64,000 bases of DNA from Campylobacterales bacterium (GTDB taxonomy: Bacteria; Campylobacterota; Campylobacteria; Campylobacterales; QNZT01). A program made the translations under genes and the position numbers. This document shows positions 1 to 11,831 of the stretch, in pieces. Where the stretch lies: the NCBI GenBank assembly GCA_027023405.1, contig JALVVN010000024.1, forward strand, positions 551 through 64,550, given 5' to 3'. The notes under the pieces are model-generated. The model searched no databases, was not told where the DNA came from, and was given only the letters and a program-made list of their open reading frames with translations. Within the stretch, counting starts at the first letter, position 1, and each line of letters begins with the position of its first letter.

Positions 1-294
1 AATTCTATCAATATTTTTAATCAATTCATTGATTTCTAGTTCATTGTCACGAATTATCATATAAACATACTCTTTAGTCGTATCGATGAGCAGATCAACT
101 CTTGCTTCATCATCTTTATAAATCTCATTGGCAATTTTTTGTAGCACTTTCTCTTCGCACTCATCTATCTCTTTGTTTGCACCTATCATAGCGGCTAATA
201 ACTTTGCGCGAAATTCTAGTGAAGAGTTGTGATAGACAAAGATATCTCTAAAAAATAGTAGAAATTTAATTTTTATTTTTTTAAATATATTCAT
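1..294 (-). CDS. hypothetical protein; start is in the window and the 3' part runs off the left edge (partial)
   Basis: Hand translation of the minus strand from ATG at 294..292 gives MNIFKKIKIKFLLFFRDIFVYHNSSLEFRAKLLAAMIGANKEIDECEEKVLQKIANEIYKDDEARVDLL... with no stop before position 1. An AAAGGG Shine-Dalgarno-like motif lies about 6 nt upstream. The ORF is missing from the track, probably because it is open-ended. Confidence 0.35.
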   Translation of the reverse strand, partial: MNIFKKIKIKFLLFFRDIFVYHNSSLEFRAKLLAAMIGANKEIDECEEKVLQKIANEIYKDDEARVDLLIDTTKEYVYMIIRDNELEINELIKNIDRI

Positions 295-386
295 TTCAAC
301 CCTTTTTAACTATTTTTTAAGCCCGCTTTGACTATACTCATTCTCCTTTTGGGTGAAAGCACTGAGAGAGTCAAGGCTTTTTCAAT

Positions 387-491
387 GCTCTCCTTAAGAC
401 CCGTGCAATAGATTTTCAAGGCAACGCGTCAGGGTGGGAACACAGCAGCGCACCTTGACTCTCTATGTGCTGCGGGAACCTTGAGGGGAGT
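387..491 (+). ncRNA. ffs: signal recognition particle RNA (small bacterial 4.5S type)
   Basis: Domain IV signature GUCAGG-GUG-GGAA-CAC-AGCAGC at 428..449, with the GGAA tetraloop at 437..440; compare E. coli GUCAGG-UCC-GGAA-GGA-AGCAGC. Hand folding gives one long hairpin: 388-398/480-490 (11 bp), 400-403/473-476, 405-407/468-470, 408-412/462-466, 417-421/453-457, 425-427/448-450, 434-436/441-443. The exact ends are uncertain by a few nt. Confidence 0.8.
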
Positions 492-1692
492 CACCTAAAT
501 ATGCTTCTATTTCTAAAGCCCATTCATAAAAATTTACCCCATTGATATTTGGTTGTTTTTGTATAGATTTTAAAATTTGTTCTCTTCCCCTTAAAAGCTC
601 TTTTGATTTGACACCGTGTGAAATTGAAAGCGATGCCTCAATAAATGCACCCATTTTATCACAAGCTTTGAGTGCGACTCCATCAATAACATTATAGCGA
701 TCCTCATTGTAACCATTGAGAGTATCAACCACTTTAATTTGACTCATATTAATCTTATTTAAAAATTCATCCTTTTTATGTTCTCCATAAAGCCCAAGCA
801 AATAGGAAAATTCAGAACGAAAATGTGCAGGAATCAATGGTAAAATATCGTCTTCAATTTTTTGGATCTCATATTCACTAATGATTTCATCCATTCCTTC
901 TATTGCATATTTTACCGGTGTGATAATATCTCGAGTTAGCGCTTCAGGTAAATCATGAAAAAGTGCACAAAAGAAATTATTTTCTAATCTTTTTGGGGAT
1001 GCGTTAATCTTTTTTGAGTAAAAGTAGCTAAAAATAGAGACAATAAGCATATGCCCCAAAACTGATGTCTCAGGTATTCTAGGTGTTTGAGTCCATCTCT
1101 TTTGAAATCGTAATCTTCCACTCAGATCGATAAAGCGGGAAAGTTTTTTATTGAGTGTAATTTTTCTAATGCCAATCAACTCATAATAATCCTCGATCTC
1201 ATCCTCTACTGCTTTCTTCACCTCATCAATGTCATTGAGAAATTGGCTAGTTTGATAGATGATAGAAAATTCCCATCGTGTCGAAATATAGGAAGCTGCT
1301 TTAAGTATAAAACGCTCCTTTTTAAAAGTATGAGGATTATTCAAATAGGTTTCAAATCGTATTAAAAAATTGCCATCCTCAATTTTGTCGATACTCTCTT
1401 CGAGATTTGCCAATACCCATCCGTTTAACTCTTTCTCTTTCTTTTGTAGTATTTTATGAAAAACATCCGGACGAATATCGGTCACAACAATTCGACGCAA
1501 GAACTCAAAAATTCCCACTTCAATCAATGCACCCATATCCACATCACCCTCTATTTTAGCGAGTAGATAGGCGATGATAAACTTATGTGCCTGTTTATCG
1601 AGCTCGACGAGATCGACCATTCTAGGATAGTCGTTCCAGCGTTGGATCGATGCTGCAGTAAAGATTTGCTCAATGAGCTTTGGGTTTAACAT
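463..1692 (-). CDS. HD-domain metal-dependent phosphohydrolase family protein
   Basis: 409 aa ORF with His...HD-type motifs (LGHMLIV, ALFHDLPEALTRDIITPVK). It overlaps the queF stop. The last ~10 codons overlap the SRP RNA on the opposite strand. Confidence 0.7.
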   Translation of the reverse strand: MLNPKLIEQIFTAASIQRWNDYPRMVDLVELDKQAHKFIIAYLLAKIEGDVDMGALIEVGIFEFLRRIVVTDIRPDVFHKILQKKEKELNGWVLANLEESIDKIEDGNFLIRFETYLNNPHTFKKERFILKAASYISTRWEFSIIYQTSQFLNDIDEVKKAVEDEIEDYYELIGIRKITLNKKLSRFIDLSGRLRFQKRWTQTPRIPETSVLGHMLIVSIFSYFYSKKINASPKRLENNFFCALFHDLPEALTRDIITPVKYAIEGMDEIISEYEIQKIEDDILPLIPAHFRSEFSYLLGLYGEHKKDEFLNKINMSQIKVVDTLNGYNEDRYNVIDGVALKACDKMGAFIEASLSISHGVKSKELLRGREQILKSIQKQPNINGVNFYEWALEIEAYLGDSPQGSRST

Positions 1693-2069
1693 GTCGTTTG
1701 ATTACTATCAATTTCAATAACAGTATGGACATTACCACGCGGGTTGAAATCTGCTGTAAGTTTGATCCATTTGGGTTGTAATTTTTTTTGGAGCACTTCA
1801 TAGATCTCGTTGGCGCTATCTTCGTGGGAAATATAACGGTTCATAAAGGAGTTGATATAGAGTTTTAGAGCTTTAAGCTCTACTACCCATTTATCGGGTT
1901 TATACTCCAAGTAGATCGTAGCAAAATCAGGGTAACCTGATCGGGGACATCGGCAGACAAATTCAGGAAGAGTGATCTTGATAAGATACTCTCTTTGGTG
2001 TTTATTTTCCCAAATCTCTAAATCTTTTTCTAGATCAAATTCGGAGATCTCTTTTTCACCGTATTTCAT
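1686..2069 (-). CDS. queF: NADPH-dependent 7-cyano-7-deazaguanine (preQ0) reductase, small type I QueF
   Basis: 127 aa with CPRSGYPDFATIYLEY (catalytic Cys region) and the VELKALKLYINSF QueF motif. AAGGAG lies upstream of the ATG. Confidence 0.88.
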   Translation of the reverse strand: MKYGEKEISEFDLEKDLEIWENKHQREYLIKITLPEFVCRCPRSGYPDFATIYLEYKPDKWVVELKALKLYINSFMNRYISHEDSANEIYEVLQKKLQPKWIKLTADFNPRGNVHTVIEIDSNQTTC

Positions 2070-2118
2070 ATTTTAATTCTCCTTTTCAAGAAGCAAAGCT
2101 CCTTGAAAATTCTTACTA

Positions 2119-5510
<3,392 letters not shown>

Positions 5511-5665
5511 GTTTTCCCTTTATATATAATATATTTTATAGTAATAGTAGTAGCCTATGTTGAAAATGTGAAAACTGCTGCTAAATGCCTAAATTGTAGT
5601 GAAATTTTTATTAATAACTTTTGATTTTTTTTCACAACAAGTCACATATTTTTGCATTAGTTCAT
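5511..5665. other. dnaA-dnaN intergenic DnaA-box cluster plus AT-rich tract (candidate second origin module)
   Basis: TTCAC/GTGAA-core 9-mers: TGTGAAAAC 5567-5575, TAGTGAAAT 5597-5605, TTTTTCACA 5628-5636, and a weak AAGTCACAT 5639-5647. A nearly pure A/T tract lies at 5521-5552. Confidence 0.5.
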
Positions 5666-7009
5666 CTAAACACTTTGTGTAATACTATTTTTTAACTCTT
5701 CAACTCTTAATCTAAAATTTTCATCTTCATCAAGAAGTTGATGGATTTTTTTCATATTATGTGAGACAGCAGTATGATCTTTCATACCGAAATATTGTGC
5801 AAGAGAAGGCATGGAATTAGGTGTTAAAGATCGAGCCAGATAGATACCTATACGCCTTGCTTCGACAATCTTTTTTGTTCTTTTGTTGGATTTGATCTCA
5901 CTTGGTTTGATATTGAGCTCTTTGGATATGACAGAGATAATTTGTTCGAGTGTGATATCTTTATGCTTCTCTTTAATGATATCTTTCATCACATCTTTGG
6001 CAAAATCGAGGGTAATCTCTCTATTCATAATTGATGCATAGCCGTTGAGTGTGGTGATAGCACTCTCTATTTCTCGGATATTCTCCCCCATATTGGTGGC
6101 AATGTAGTGAATGATTTCTGTGTCGAGTTGAATGTTGTTTTGTTTGCATTTGGTTTGGATGATCGATATTTTGGTTTCGAGTTCAGGGGGTTGAATATCT
6201 GCCATCATTCCCCATTCAAATCGACTAATCAACCTCTCTGTCAAACCGGCTATCTTTTTTGGGGGTTTATCGGCTGTGAGGACTATTTGGCTATTTTTAC
6301 TGTGGAGTGCATTGAAAGTGTTGAAAAACTCCTCTTGTGTCTCGGTTTTTCCTGAGAGAAATTGGACATCGTCGATCAAGAGATAGTCACATTCACGATA
6401 TTTTTGACGAAATCTGTCTGTCGTTCGTTTCCGAAGACTATTGGTAAAATCATTCATAAACTCTTCACTGGTGACATAGATCACCTTTTTCCCAAAATGG
6501 AGTGCTTGGTTTCCGATAGCATGTAAGAGATGCGTCTTTCCTAGTCCGGAAAAACCGTAAATAAAAAAGGGATTATAGAGTGTTCCCTGCTTTTCACAAA
6601 TTGCTTGACTAATGTTATAGGCGACTTGATTGTTTGATCCAACCACAAAGAGATCGAAGAGATAAGCGGGATTGAGTTTACTATTGGTAACCTCGGTTTG
6701 TGTTGTTTGGGAGGTTTCTTGGACTTTGGTGGAGGGAGTATGTGAATTTTTTTGTGATTCAATGGTAATTTTTGGGAATATGTCTGTTTTAGATTCATAG
6801 ATCTCTTGGATAATAGCACTATATTTTGTTTGAATCCAATTTGCAAGAATTTTATTATGTGTGATAAAAATAAGATGATTTGAATTTGAACGCGCTTCAT
6901 CGATGTGAATATTTTCTATATATCGTGCATATTCTTCACGACTTATTCTCTCACGCAATTCATCTAAAACTTCCCTATATAACATACATAACTCCGATTT
7001 ATTCATCAA
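5666..7009 (-). CDS. dnaA: chromosomal replication initiator protein DnaA
   Basis: 447 aa with Walker A GFSGLGKTHLLHAIGN, LLIDDVQFLSGKTETQEEFFNTFN, and a C-terminal DNA-binding domain (ARRIGIYLARSLT...GMKDHTAVSHNMKKI). Confidence 0.98.
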   Translation of the reverse strand: MMNKSELCMLYREVLDELRERISREEYARYIENIHIDEARSNSNHLIFITHNKILANWIQTKYSAIIQEIYESKTDIFPKITIESQKNSHTPSTKVQETSQTTQTEVTNSKLNPAYLFDLFVVGSNNQVAYNISQAICEKQGTLYNPFFIYGFSGLGKTHLLHAIGNQALHFGKKVIYVTSEEFMNDFTNSLRKRTTDRFRQKYRECDYLLIDDVQFLSGKTETQEEFFNTFNALHSKNSQIVLTADKPPKKIAGLTERLISRFEWGMMADIQPPELETKISIIQTKCKQNNIQLDTEIIHYIATNMGENIREIESAITTLNGYASIMNREITLDFAKDVMKDIIKEKHKDITLEQIISVISKELNIKPSEIKSNKRTKKIVEARRIGIYLARSLTPNSMPSLAQYFGMKDHTAVSHNMKKIHQLLDEDENFRLRVEELKNSITQSV

Positions 7010-7259
7010 TTATTCACATATTTTTTTCACATGTGAATAATTTTATCACATTTCCTTTAAAGCTCTAAAATGGATGATTTTAGCGAAACAATATATGTCT
7101 CTTCACATTATTGTCTATATGAACCATTTCCTTAATCTTTATAGATGTTATTAATTAAGTAAACTTACTACTAATTCAAAATTATTAATTATTGTAGTGA
7201 TACAATACTTTATTCACATAGTGAAAGTTATGTGAATAAATTAATATTTTAGGATCAGA
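7010..7259. other. candidate oriC (ruvC-dnaA intergenic): DnaA boxes flanking an AT-rich unwinding region
   Basis: TTATTCACA at 7010-7018 and 7210-7218. TGTGAATAA at 7032-7040 and 7231-7239. TTTTTCACA at 7023-7031, forming the perfect palindrome TTCACATGTGAA at 7026-7037. TTTATCACA at 7042-7050. The AT-rich core at about 7120-7200 holds the direct 10-mer TTATTAATTA at 7148-7157 and 7182-7191. Gene orientation switches here. Confidence 0.75.
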
Positions 7260-7727
7260 ATGATTATTTTAGGAATCGATCCAGGTACGATTAATTGCGG
7301 ATATGCACTGATTGAGAAAAAAAATAATCGATTAAGATTGATTGAAGCGGGACTGATAAAGCTCAAAGAGAAGGAACTTCAATATCAAATTGTCCAATTA
7401 GTTGAAGCGATCGATCTGATCTTTAAAAACCAAGAGATTGATGAAGTAGCAATAGAGGATATCTTCTATGCATTTAATCCTAAGACAGTTATTAAATTGG
7501 CGCAGTTTCGCGGGGCTATGAGTCTGAAAATTTTGCAACTTCACGGGAATTTTAGTGAATATACGCCCTTGCAAGTCAAAAAAGCTGTTACCGGAAACGG
7601 TAAAGCAAAAAAAGAGCAGGTGGCATTTATGGTGAAAAGAATTTTAAAAATCAAACAAGAGATTAAACCACTTGATATTACCGATGCTATGGCGGTTGCG
7701 ATTACACATTCACAGCGCATTTTATAG
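7260..7727 (+). CDS. ruvC: crossover junction endodeoxyribonuclease RuvC
   Basis: 155 aa with [19 protein letters not shown] (catalytic Asp) and a C-terminal [12 protein letters not shown] motif. Confidence 0.93.
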   Translation: MIILGIDPGTINCGYALIEKKNNRLRLIEAGLIKLKEKELQYQIVQLVEAIDLIFKNQEIDEVAIEDIFYAFNPKTVIKLAQFRGAMSLKILQLHGNFSEYTPLQVKKAVTGNGKAKKEQVAFMVKRILKIKQEIKPLDITDAMAVAITHSQRIL

Positions 7728-7780
7728 TGAAGTAACTCACTTTAAAGACGATATAGGTGTATTATATAAGGAGCAAAGAG

Positions 7781-8539
7781 ATGAAAAAACGATTTATGAC
7801 ATTGATACTAGTAGCAAGTGTGACACAGTCGCTTTATGCGGATCAATCAGAGCTGTTTCGAGGTGGATCGATTGGCGGTGAACTCTCTTTGTATGGCATC
7901 GGGATGAATATTGCAGGAAAGGTAAATTCGAAGTTTGCCCTCAGAGGCGGTTTTGATATGTTCAAAATGAGTGATATTGATGTCGATGTTGAAAATGATA
8001 ACGGTATCGATACCAATTATAATTTTGATCTCGATTTGCAGGATTTTCTGCTTGTCGGTGATTATCATCCATGGGAGGGGAGTTTTCGTTTTAGTGGTGG
8101 TATGATAATTAACAATAGTAATTTTGACGGTACGATTACGCCTAAAGTGAGAGATGGAAAAGATATAGAGTTTGTGTTTAATAATCATACCTATTCGACC
8201 AAAGAGATCGGTAGTGTTGACACGAAGGTTGATTGGGATCCGGTTGCACCCTATGTGGGTATCGGCTGGGATACATCGTTTACCAAAAAGAGAGGGTGGG
8301 GATTTACCTGTGATCTAGGTGTCGCATTTCAGGGATCTGCAACGGCACACTACCACATTAACTATGGTAATGCACTCAAAGAGAATGCAAATGATACAAT
8401 CATTGAAAAGAGAAGTAAGCAACAGACACGAGATGAGATTAAGAAAAACCTTGATAGTGAAATGGTTGAACTTCAAGATGAGATGGATGATTATAAAGTG
8501 CTTCCCTATATCTCTTTAGGTGTGAATTATAAGTTTTAG
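7781..8539 (+). CDS. putative outer-membrane beta-barrel protein
   Basis: I prefer ATG 7781 (AAGGAG at 7769-7774) over the track's GTG 7757. Signal peptide MKKRFMTLILVASVTQSLYA, alternating beta-strand-like sequence, and a C-terminal ...SLGVNYKF ending in Phe. Confidence 0.65.
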   Translation: MKKRFMTLILVASVTQSLYADQSELFRGGSIGGELSLYGIGMNIAGKVNSKFALRGGFDMFKMSDIDVDVENDNGIDTNYNFDLDLQDFLLVGDYHPWEGSFRFSGGMIINNSNFDGTITPKVRDGKDIEFVFNNHTYSTKEIGSVDTKVDWDPVAPYVGIGWDTSFTKKRGWGFTCDLGVAFQGSATAHYHINYGNALKENANDTIIEKRSKQQTRDEIKKNLDSEMVELQDEMDDYKVLPYISLGVNYKF

Positions 8540-8553
8540 TGTAAAGGAACGAT

Positions 8554-9828
8554 TTGGAAATTTTAGACTATTTTAAAATTATCTCTCAAATCCCCCATTG
8601 CTCCGGAGGAGCGGATAAGTTGGCTGATTTTTTAATCTCGTTTGCCAAAGAACGGGGATATGAAGTGTTAATCGACCAAAAGCGAAATATTTTGGTGCGT
8701 GGTGGTGAAGTCAAGATTGCGTTTCAAGCCCACTATGATATGGTCTGTGTCGGTAAAGCACCGCAACTTGAACTCTATGAAGAGGAGGGATATCTCAAAG
8801 CTAAAGAGAGTTCGTTAGGGGCGGATAACGGTATGGCGGTGGCGATGATGATGAAGATGATGGATGAGCGGATCGGGGGAGAGTATCTCTTTACCAGTGA
8901 TGAAGAGATCGGCTTAATCGGTGCGAATGCCCTGGCATTTGATCTCAAGAGTCGCTATATGCTCAATCTCGACAGTGAATCTGAGGCGGAGGTCTATATC
9001 GGATGTGCCGGCGGTGTCGATGTGAAAGCTCAAAGAGAGTATGAGACAGCATTTTTAGAGAGTGATTTTTATGAAATCAATATCACGAATCTTCCCGGCG
9101 GTCATTCAGGTGTCGATATTGATAAGAATATTCCTAATGCGATCAAACTATTTGCTTCGTTTCTCAAAGATAAAGAGATTTCACTCGCCTATCTCAAGGG
9201 TGGTGAGCGGATCAATGCGATCCCCTCTACACTGCGTGCGATCGTTCATTCAAAACAGCAAATCTCCTCCTCAAAAGAGGTCGATGTGATCCGAAAAAGT
9301 GGGCGATTTGAGGTGATTCAAGCGGGAAGTGAGATCGTTGAGATGTTAGAGAATTTTCAAAACGGAGTGCTCTCTTTTGATGAGGAGTTGGGTATTCCCA
9401 AAGAGAGTGCCAATATTGCTCTGATTCATTTAGACAAAGATACGATCAAGCTTGAATCATCTTTGCGCGCGATGGATAAAAAAGGGTTAAAAAGTGTTAC
9501 CAAATCTGTTGTAAAATATTTAGAGAAATATGGTTACAATGTCAGTACGGATGGAAAATATCCGCCGTGGAAGCCGGAGATCAATGAGTTTTCTAAAATA
9601 GTTTGCGAAGTGACTCAAGAGGTTTTCGGATCGTGTGAATTTAAAGCGATTCATGCCGGCTTGGAGAGTGCGATCATTTCGGATCTCTATCCAGATATCA
9701 AAATAGCCTCGATTGGTCCGACGATCCTCTTTCCTCATTCTCAAAATGAGAGAGTGGATTTAGAGAGTGTCGATCGTGTATTTGAAGTGGTAAAAAGGGT
9801 TGTAGCTAAAGTGAGTCATGTGGTTTAA
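8554..9828 (+). CDS. pepD: aminoacyl-histidine dipeptidase (M20 family, PepD-like)
   Basis: 424 aa with a PepD-like N-terminus (IPHCSGG...ERGYEV..DQKRNILVR...FQAHYDMVC) and SDEEIGLIGA. TTG start. Confidence 0.75.
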   Translation: MEILDYFKIISQIPHCSGGADKLADFLISFAKERGYEVLIDQKRNILVRGGEVKIAFQAHYDMVCVGKAPQLELYEEEGYLKAKESSLGADNGMAVAMMMKMMDERIGGEYLFTSDEEIGLIGANALAFDLKSRYMLNLDSESEAEVYIGCAGGVDVKAQREYETAFLESDFYEINITNLPGGHSGVDIDKNIPNAIKLFASFLKDKEISLAYLKGGERINAIPSTLRAIVHSKQQISSSKEVDVIRKSGRFEVIQAGSEIVEMLENFQNGVLSFDEELGIPKESANIALIHLDKDTIKLESSLRAMDKKGLKSVTKSVVKYLEKYGYNVSTDGKYPPWKPEINEFSKIVCEVTQEVFGSCEFKAIHAGLESAIISDLYPDIKIASIGPTILFPHSQNERVDLESVDRVFEVVKRVVAKVSHVV

Positions 9829-10711
9829 AACTTTTTTTGTTTCGATTTGGATTTTACTAAGCTTTAGTGCGTGTGCGCAAAAAAAAGCACTCACACTTGA
9901 TGCTAAGATCGCACAAAAGAGCGCGTTCTACCCCGACCTTGCCTATACGCAAAAAGGGAGCGGGGATCCGATTGTATTGCTTCATGGGTTAGGATCGGAT
10001 CGCCATACCTTTGATTATATAATCCCCTATTTAGCGAGACGATATAGTGTTTATGCACCCGATCTCAAAGGATTTGGTGAATCACCCAAGCCGACTGATG
10101 ATAACTACTCGATCTACGATCACTATCTTGTGATAAAACATTTTTTGATGCGTCACCATATTCAACATCCGATCGTTGTGGGACACTCATTGGGTGGAAG
10201 TGTTGCACTTTTGTTGGCTTTAGATCAGCAAGTTGGTGTTAAAAAGCTAATCCTTATCGATACTCCTGCCTATAAACAGAGATTGCCCAAACTACTCAGG
10301 TATGCCAATATTCCCATATTTGGTAAGATCGGTTTTTACCTGCTTCCATCCAGATATGAGGTGAAGGAGGGGTATCGATATGCCTTTTATAATGATGATA
10401 AAATTCCTCAAGAGAGAGTGAAGGAACTGGCAAAAGATCTGCGTTCACAAGGGGCTAAATATGCCTTTTTGACGACCAATCGTCAATTGATCCCCGATGA
10501 CCTCGATGCGATTGTGAAAAGATACCGCACAATTTCTGTACCGACTTTGATCGTGTGGGGCTACAATGATATTGTTGTGCGTCGTTCCAAAGCCTATCGA
10601 CTCCATCGTGATATTCCTCATTCAAGGTTACGATTTATCTATGCGTGTGGTCATATGCCTCAAGAGGAGAAACCGCAAGAGCTCTTGAAGATTCTCGAAA
10701 ATTTTTTATGA
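9818..10711 (+). CDS. alpha/beta-fold hydrolase, probable lipoprotein
   Basis: 297 aa with signal/lipobox-like MWFKTFFVSIWILLSFSAC, an HG oxyanion motif (VLLHGLGS), the nucleophile elbow GHSLGG, and a C-terminal CGHMPQEE. Confidence 0.8.
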   Translation: MWFKTFFVSIWILLSFSACAQKKALTLDAKIAQKSAFYPDLAYTQKGSGDPIVLLHGLGSDRHTFDYIIPYLARRYSVYAPDLKGFGESPKPTDDNYSIYDHYLVIKHFLMRHHIQHPIVVGHSLGGSVALLLALDQQVGVKKLILIDTPAYKQRLPKLLRYANIPIFGKIGFYLLPSRYEVKEGYRYAFYNDDKIPQERVKELAKDLRSQGAKYAFLTTNRQLIPDDLDAIVKRYRTISVPTLIVWGYNDIVVRRSKAYRLHRDIPHSRLRFIYACGHMPQEEKPQELLKILENFL

Positions 10712-10720
10712 GATATACCA

Positions 10721-11743
10721 ATGAAACAGCGAAGACTTCCAGCTGAGTGGGAACCTCAAGAGTGTGTTGTGATGGCATTTCCACACGCAAAAAGCGACTG
10801 GGCATCTGATCTCCAAAGCGCAGAGTCTGTTTTTTTACGCATGGCAAGTTCCATTAGCGCTTTGCAAAAGTTGATCTTGCTCTGTGATGATGTCGATCGC
10901 GTTAAAAAACACTTTTGCTATCACGATCGTATATCATTTGTTTCATATGAAACAAATGATACTTGGACGAGAGATTTTGCTCCTTTAAGTCTCTATGAGG
11001 GGGAGGAGCGGATTTTGCTCGATTTTCGTTTTAATGCATGGGGAGGAAAGTATCCCTATGACCTTGATGATAAAGCAAGTCATTCTTTATATGAGAAGTA
11101 TCATTTTTATCCTTCGCGAATGGATCGGATAGAATGGGTTTTGGAAGGTGGAAGTATCGATAGTGACGGGCAAGGGACGCTTTTGACGACGAAACAGTGC
11201 CTACTTAATCCTAATAGAAATCCGCAATTTTCACAAATTGAGTTAGAAGAGAAGCTCAAAGAGGAGTTAGGAGTTGATCGGATCTTGTGGCTAGAGAACG
11301 GTTATTTGGAGGGGGATGATACAGATGCGCATATCGATATGTTGGCGCGTTTTGTGAGTGATGATACAATTGTCTATCTCAAAGCTTATGACAGTAGTGA
11401 TGTGCATTATGAAGCACTTTTGGAAATGGAGAGAGAGTTAAAAAGTTTTAAAACAAAAGAGGGCAAATCTTATCATCTAATCCCACTTCCCCTGCCCTCT
11501 CCAAAGTTTTTAGGATCAGAGCGTCTGCCTGCAAGTTATGCCAATTTTTTGATTATCAATCGTGCTGTCCTGCTTCCGATCTATGATGAACCTAAGGATA
11601 GTGAGATGGTTTCGCTTTTTAAAGAGCTCTTTCCGACAAGAGAGATCATCCCTATCAATGCACTCAGATTGATACAAGAGGGAGGGAGCATTCACTGTTC
11701 AACGATGCAAATATGCAAAAAAAATTTTAAAAAAGTAACATAA
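10721..11743 (+). CDS. aguA: agmatine deiminase (peptidyl-arginine deiminase family)
   Basis: 340 aa: RLPAEWEPQECVVMAFPH, TNDTWTRDFAP, DTDAHIDMLARF, and the C-terminal catalytic GGSIHCSTMQ. Confidence 0.88.
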   Translation: MKQRRLPAEWEPQECVVMAFPHAKSDWASDLQSAESVFLRMASSISALQKLILLCDDVDRVKKHFCYHDRISFVSYETNDTWTRDFAPLSLYEGEERILLDFRFNAWGGKYPYDLDDKASHSLYEKYHFYPSRMDRIEWVLEGGSIDSDGQGTLLTTKQCLLNPNRNPQFSQIELEEKLKEELGVDRILWLENGYLEGDDTDAHIDMLARFVSDDTIVYLKAYDSSDVHYEALLEMERELKSFKTKEGKSYHLIPLPLPSPKFLGSERLPASYANFLIINRAVLLPIYDEPKDSEMVSLFKELFPTREIIPINALRLIQEGGSIHCSTMQICKKNFKKVT

Positions 11744-11831
11744 GGTCAAATAAAATCAATAATAAACTACCAATAAGTAATCTTATTTAACTTAATGACG
11801 ATTTCTCTACAAATAAAAAAAGGGAAATTGA

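Noticed and set aside
2070-2118. Imperfect hairpin (TCAAGAAGC-AAA-GCTCCTTGA) between gyrB and queF, considered as a preQ1 riboswitch because queF lies downstream on the minus strand.
   Set aside because: It lacks the conserved preQ1-I loop and the A-rich tail/pseudoknot arrangement. It is more simply a weak gyrB 3' hairpin adjacent to the queF Shine-Dalgarno.
6541-6900. 119 aa same-strand alternative-frame ORF inside dnaA.
   Set aside because: It is fully embedded in dnaA, its K/P/L-rich composition is typical of an off-frame translation, and nothing supports an independent start.
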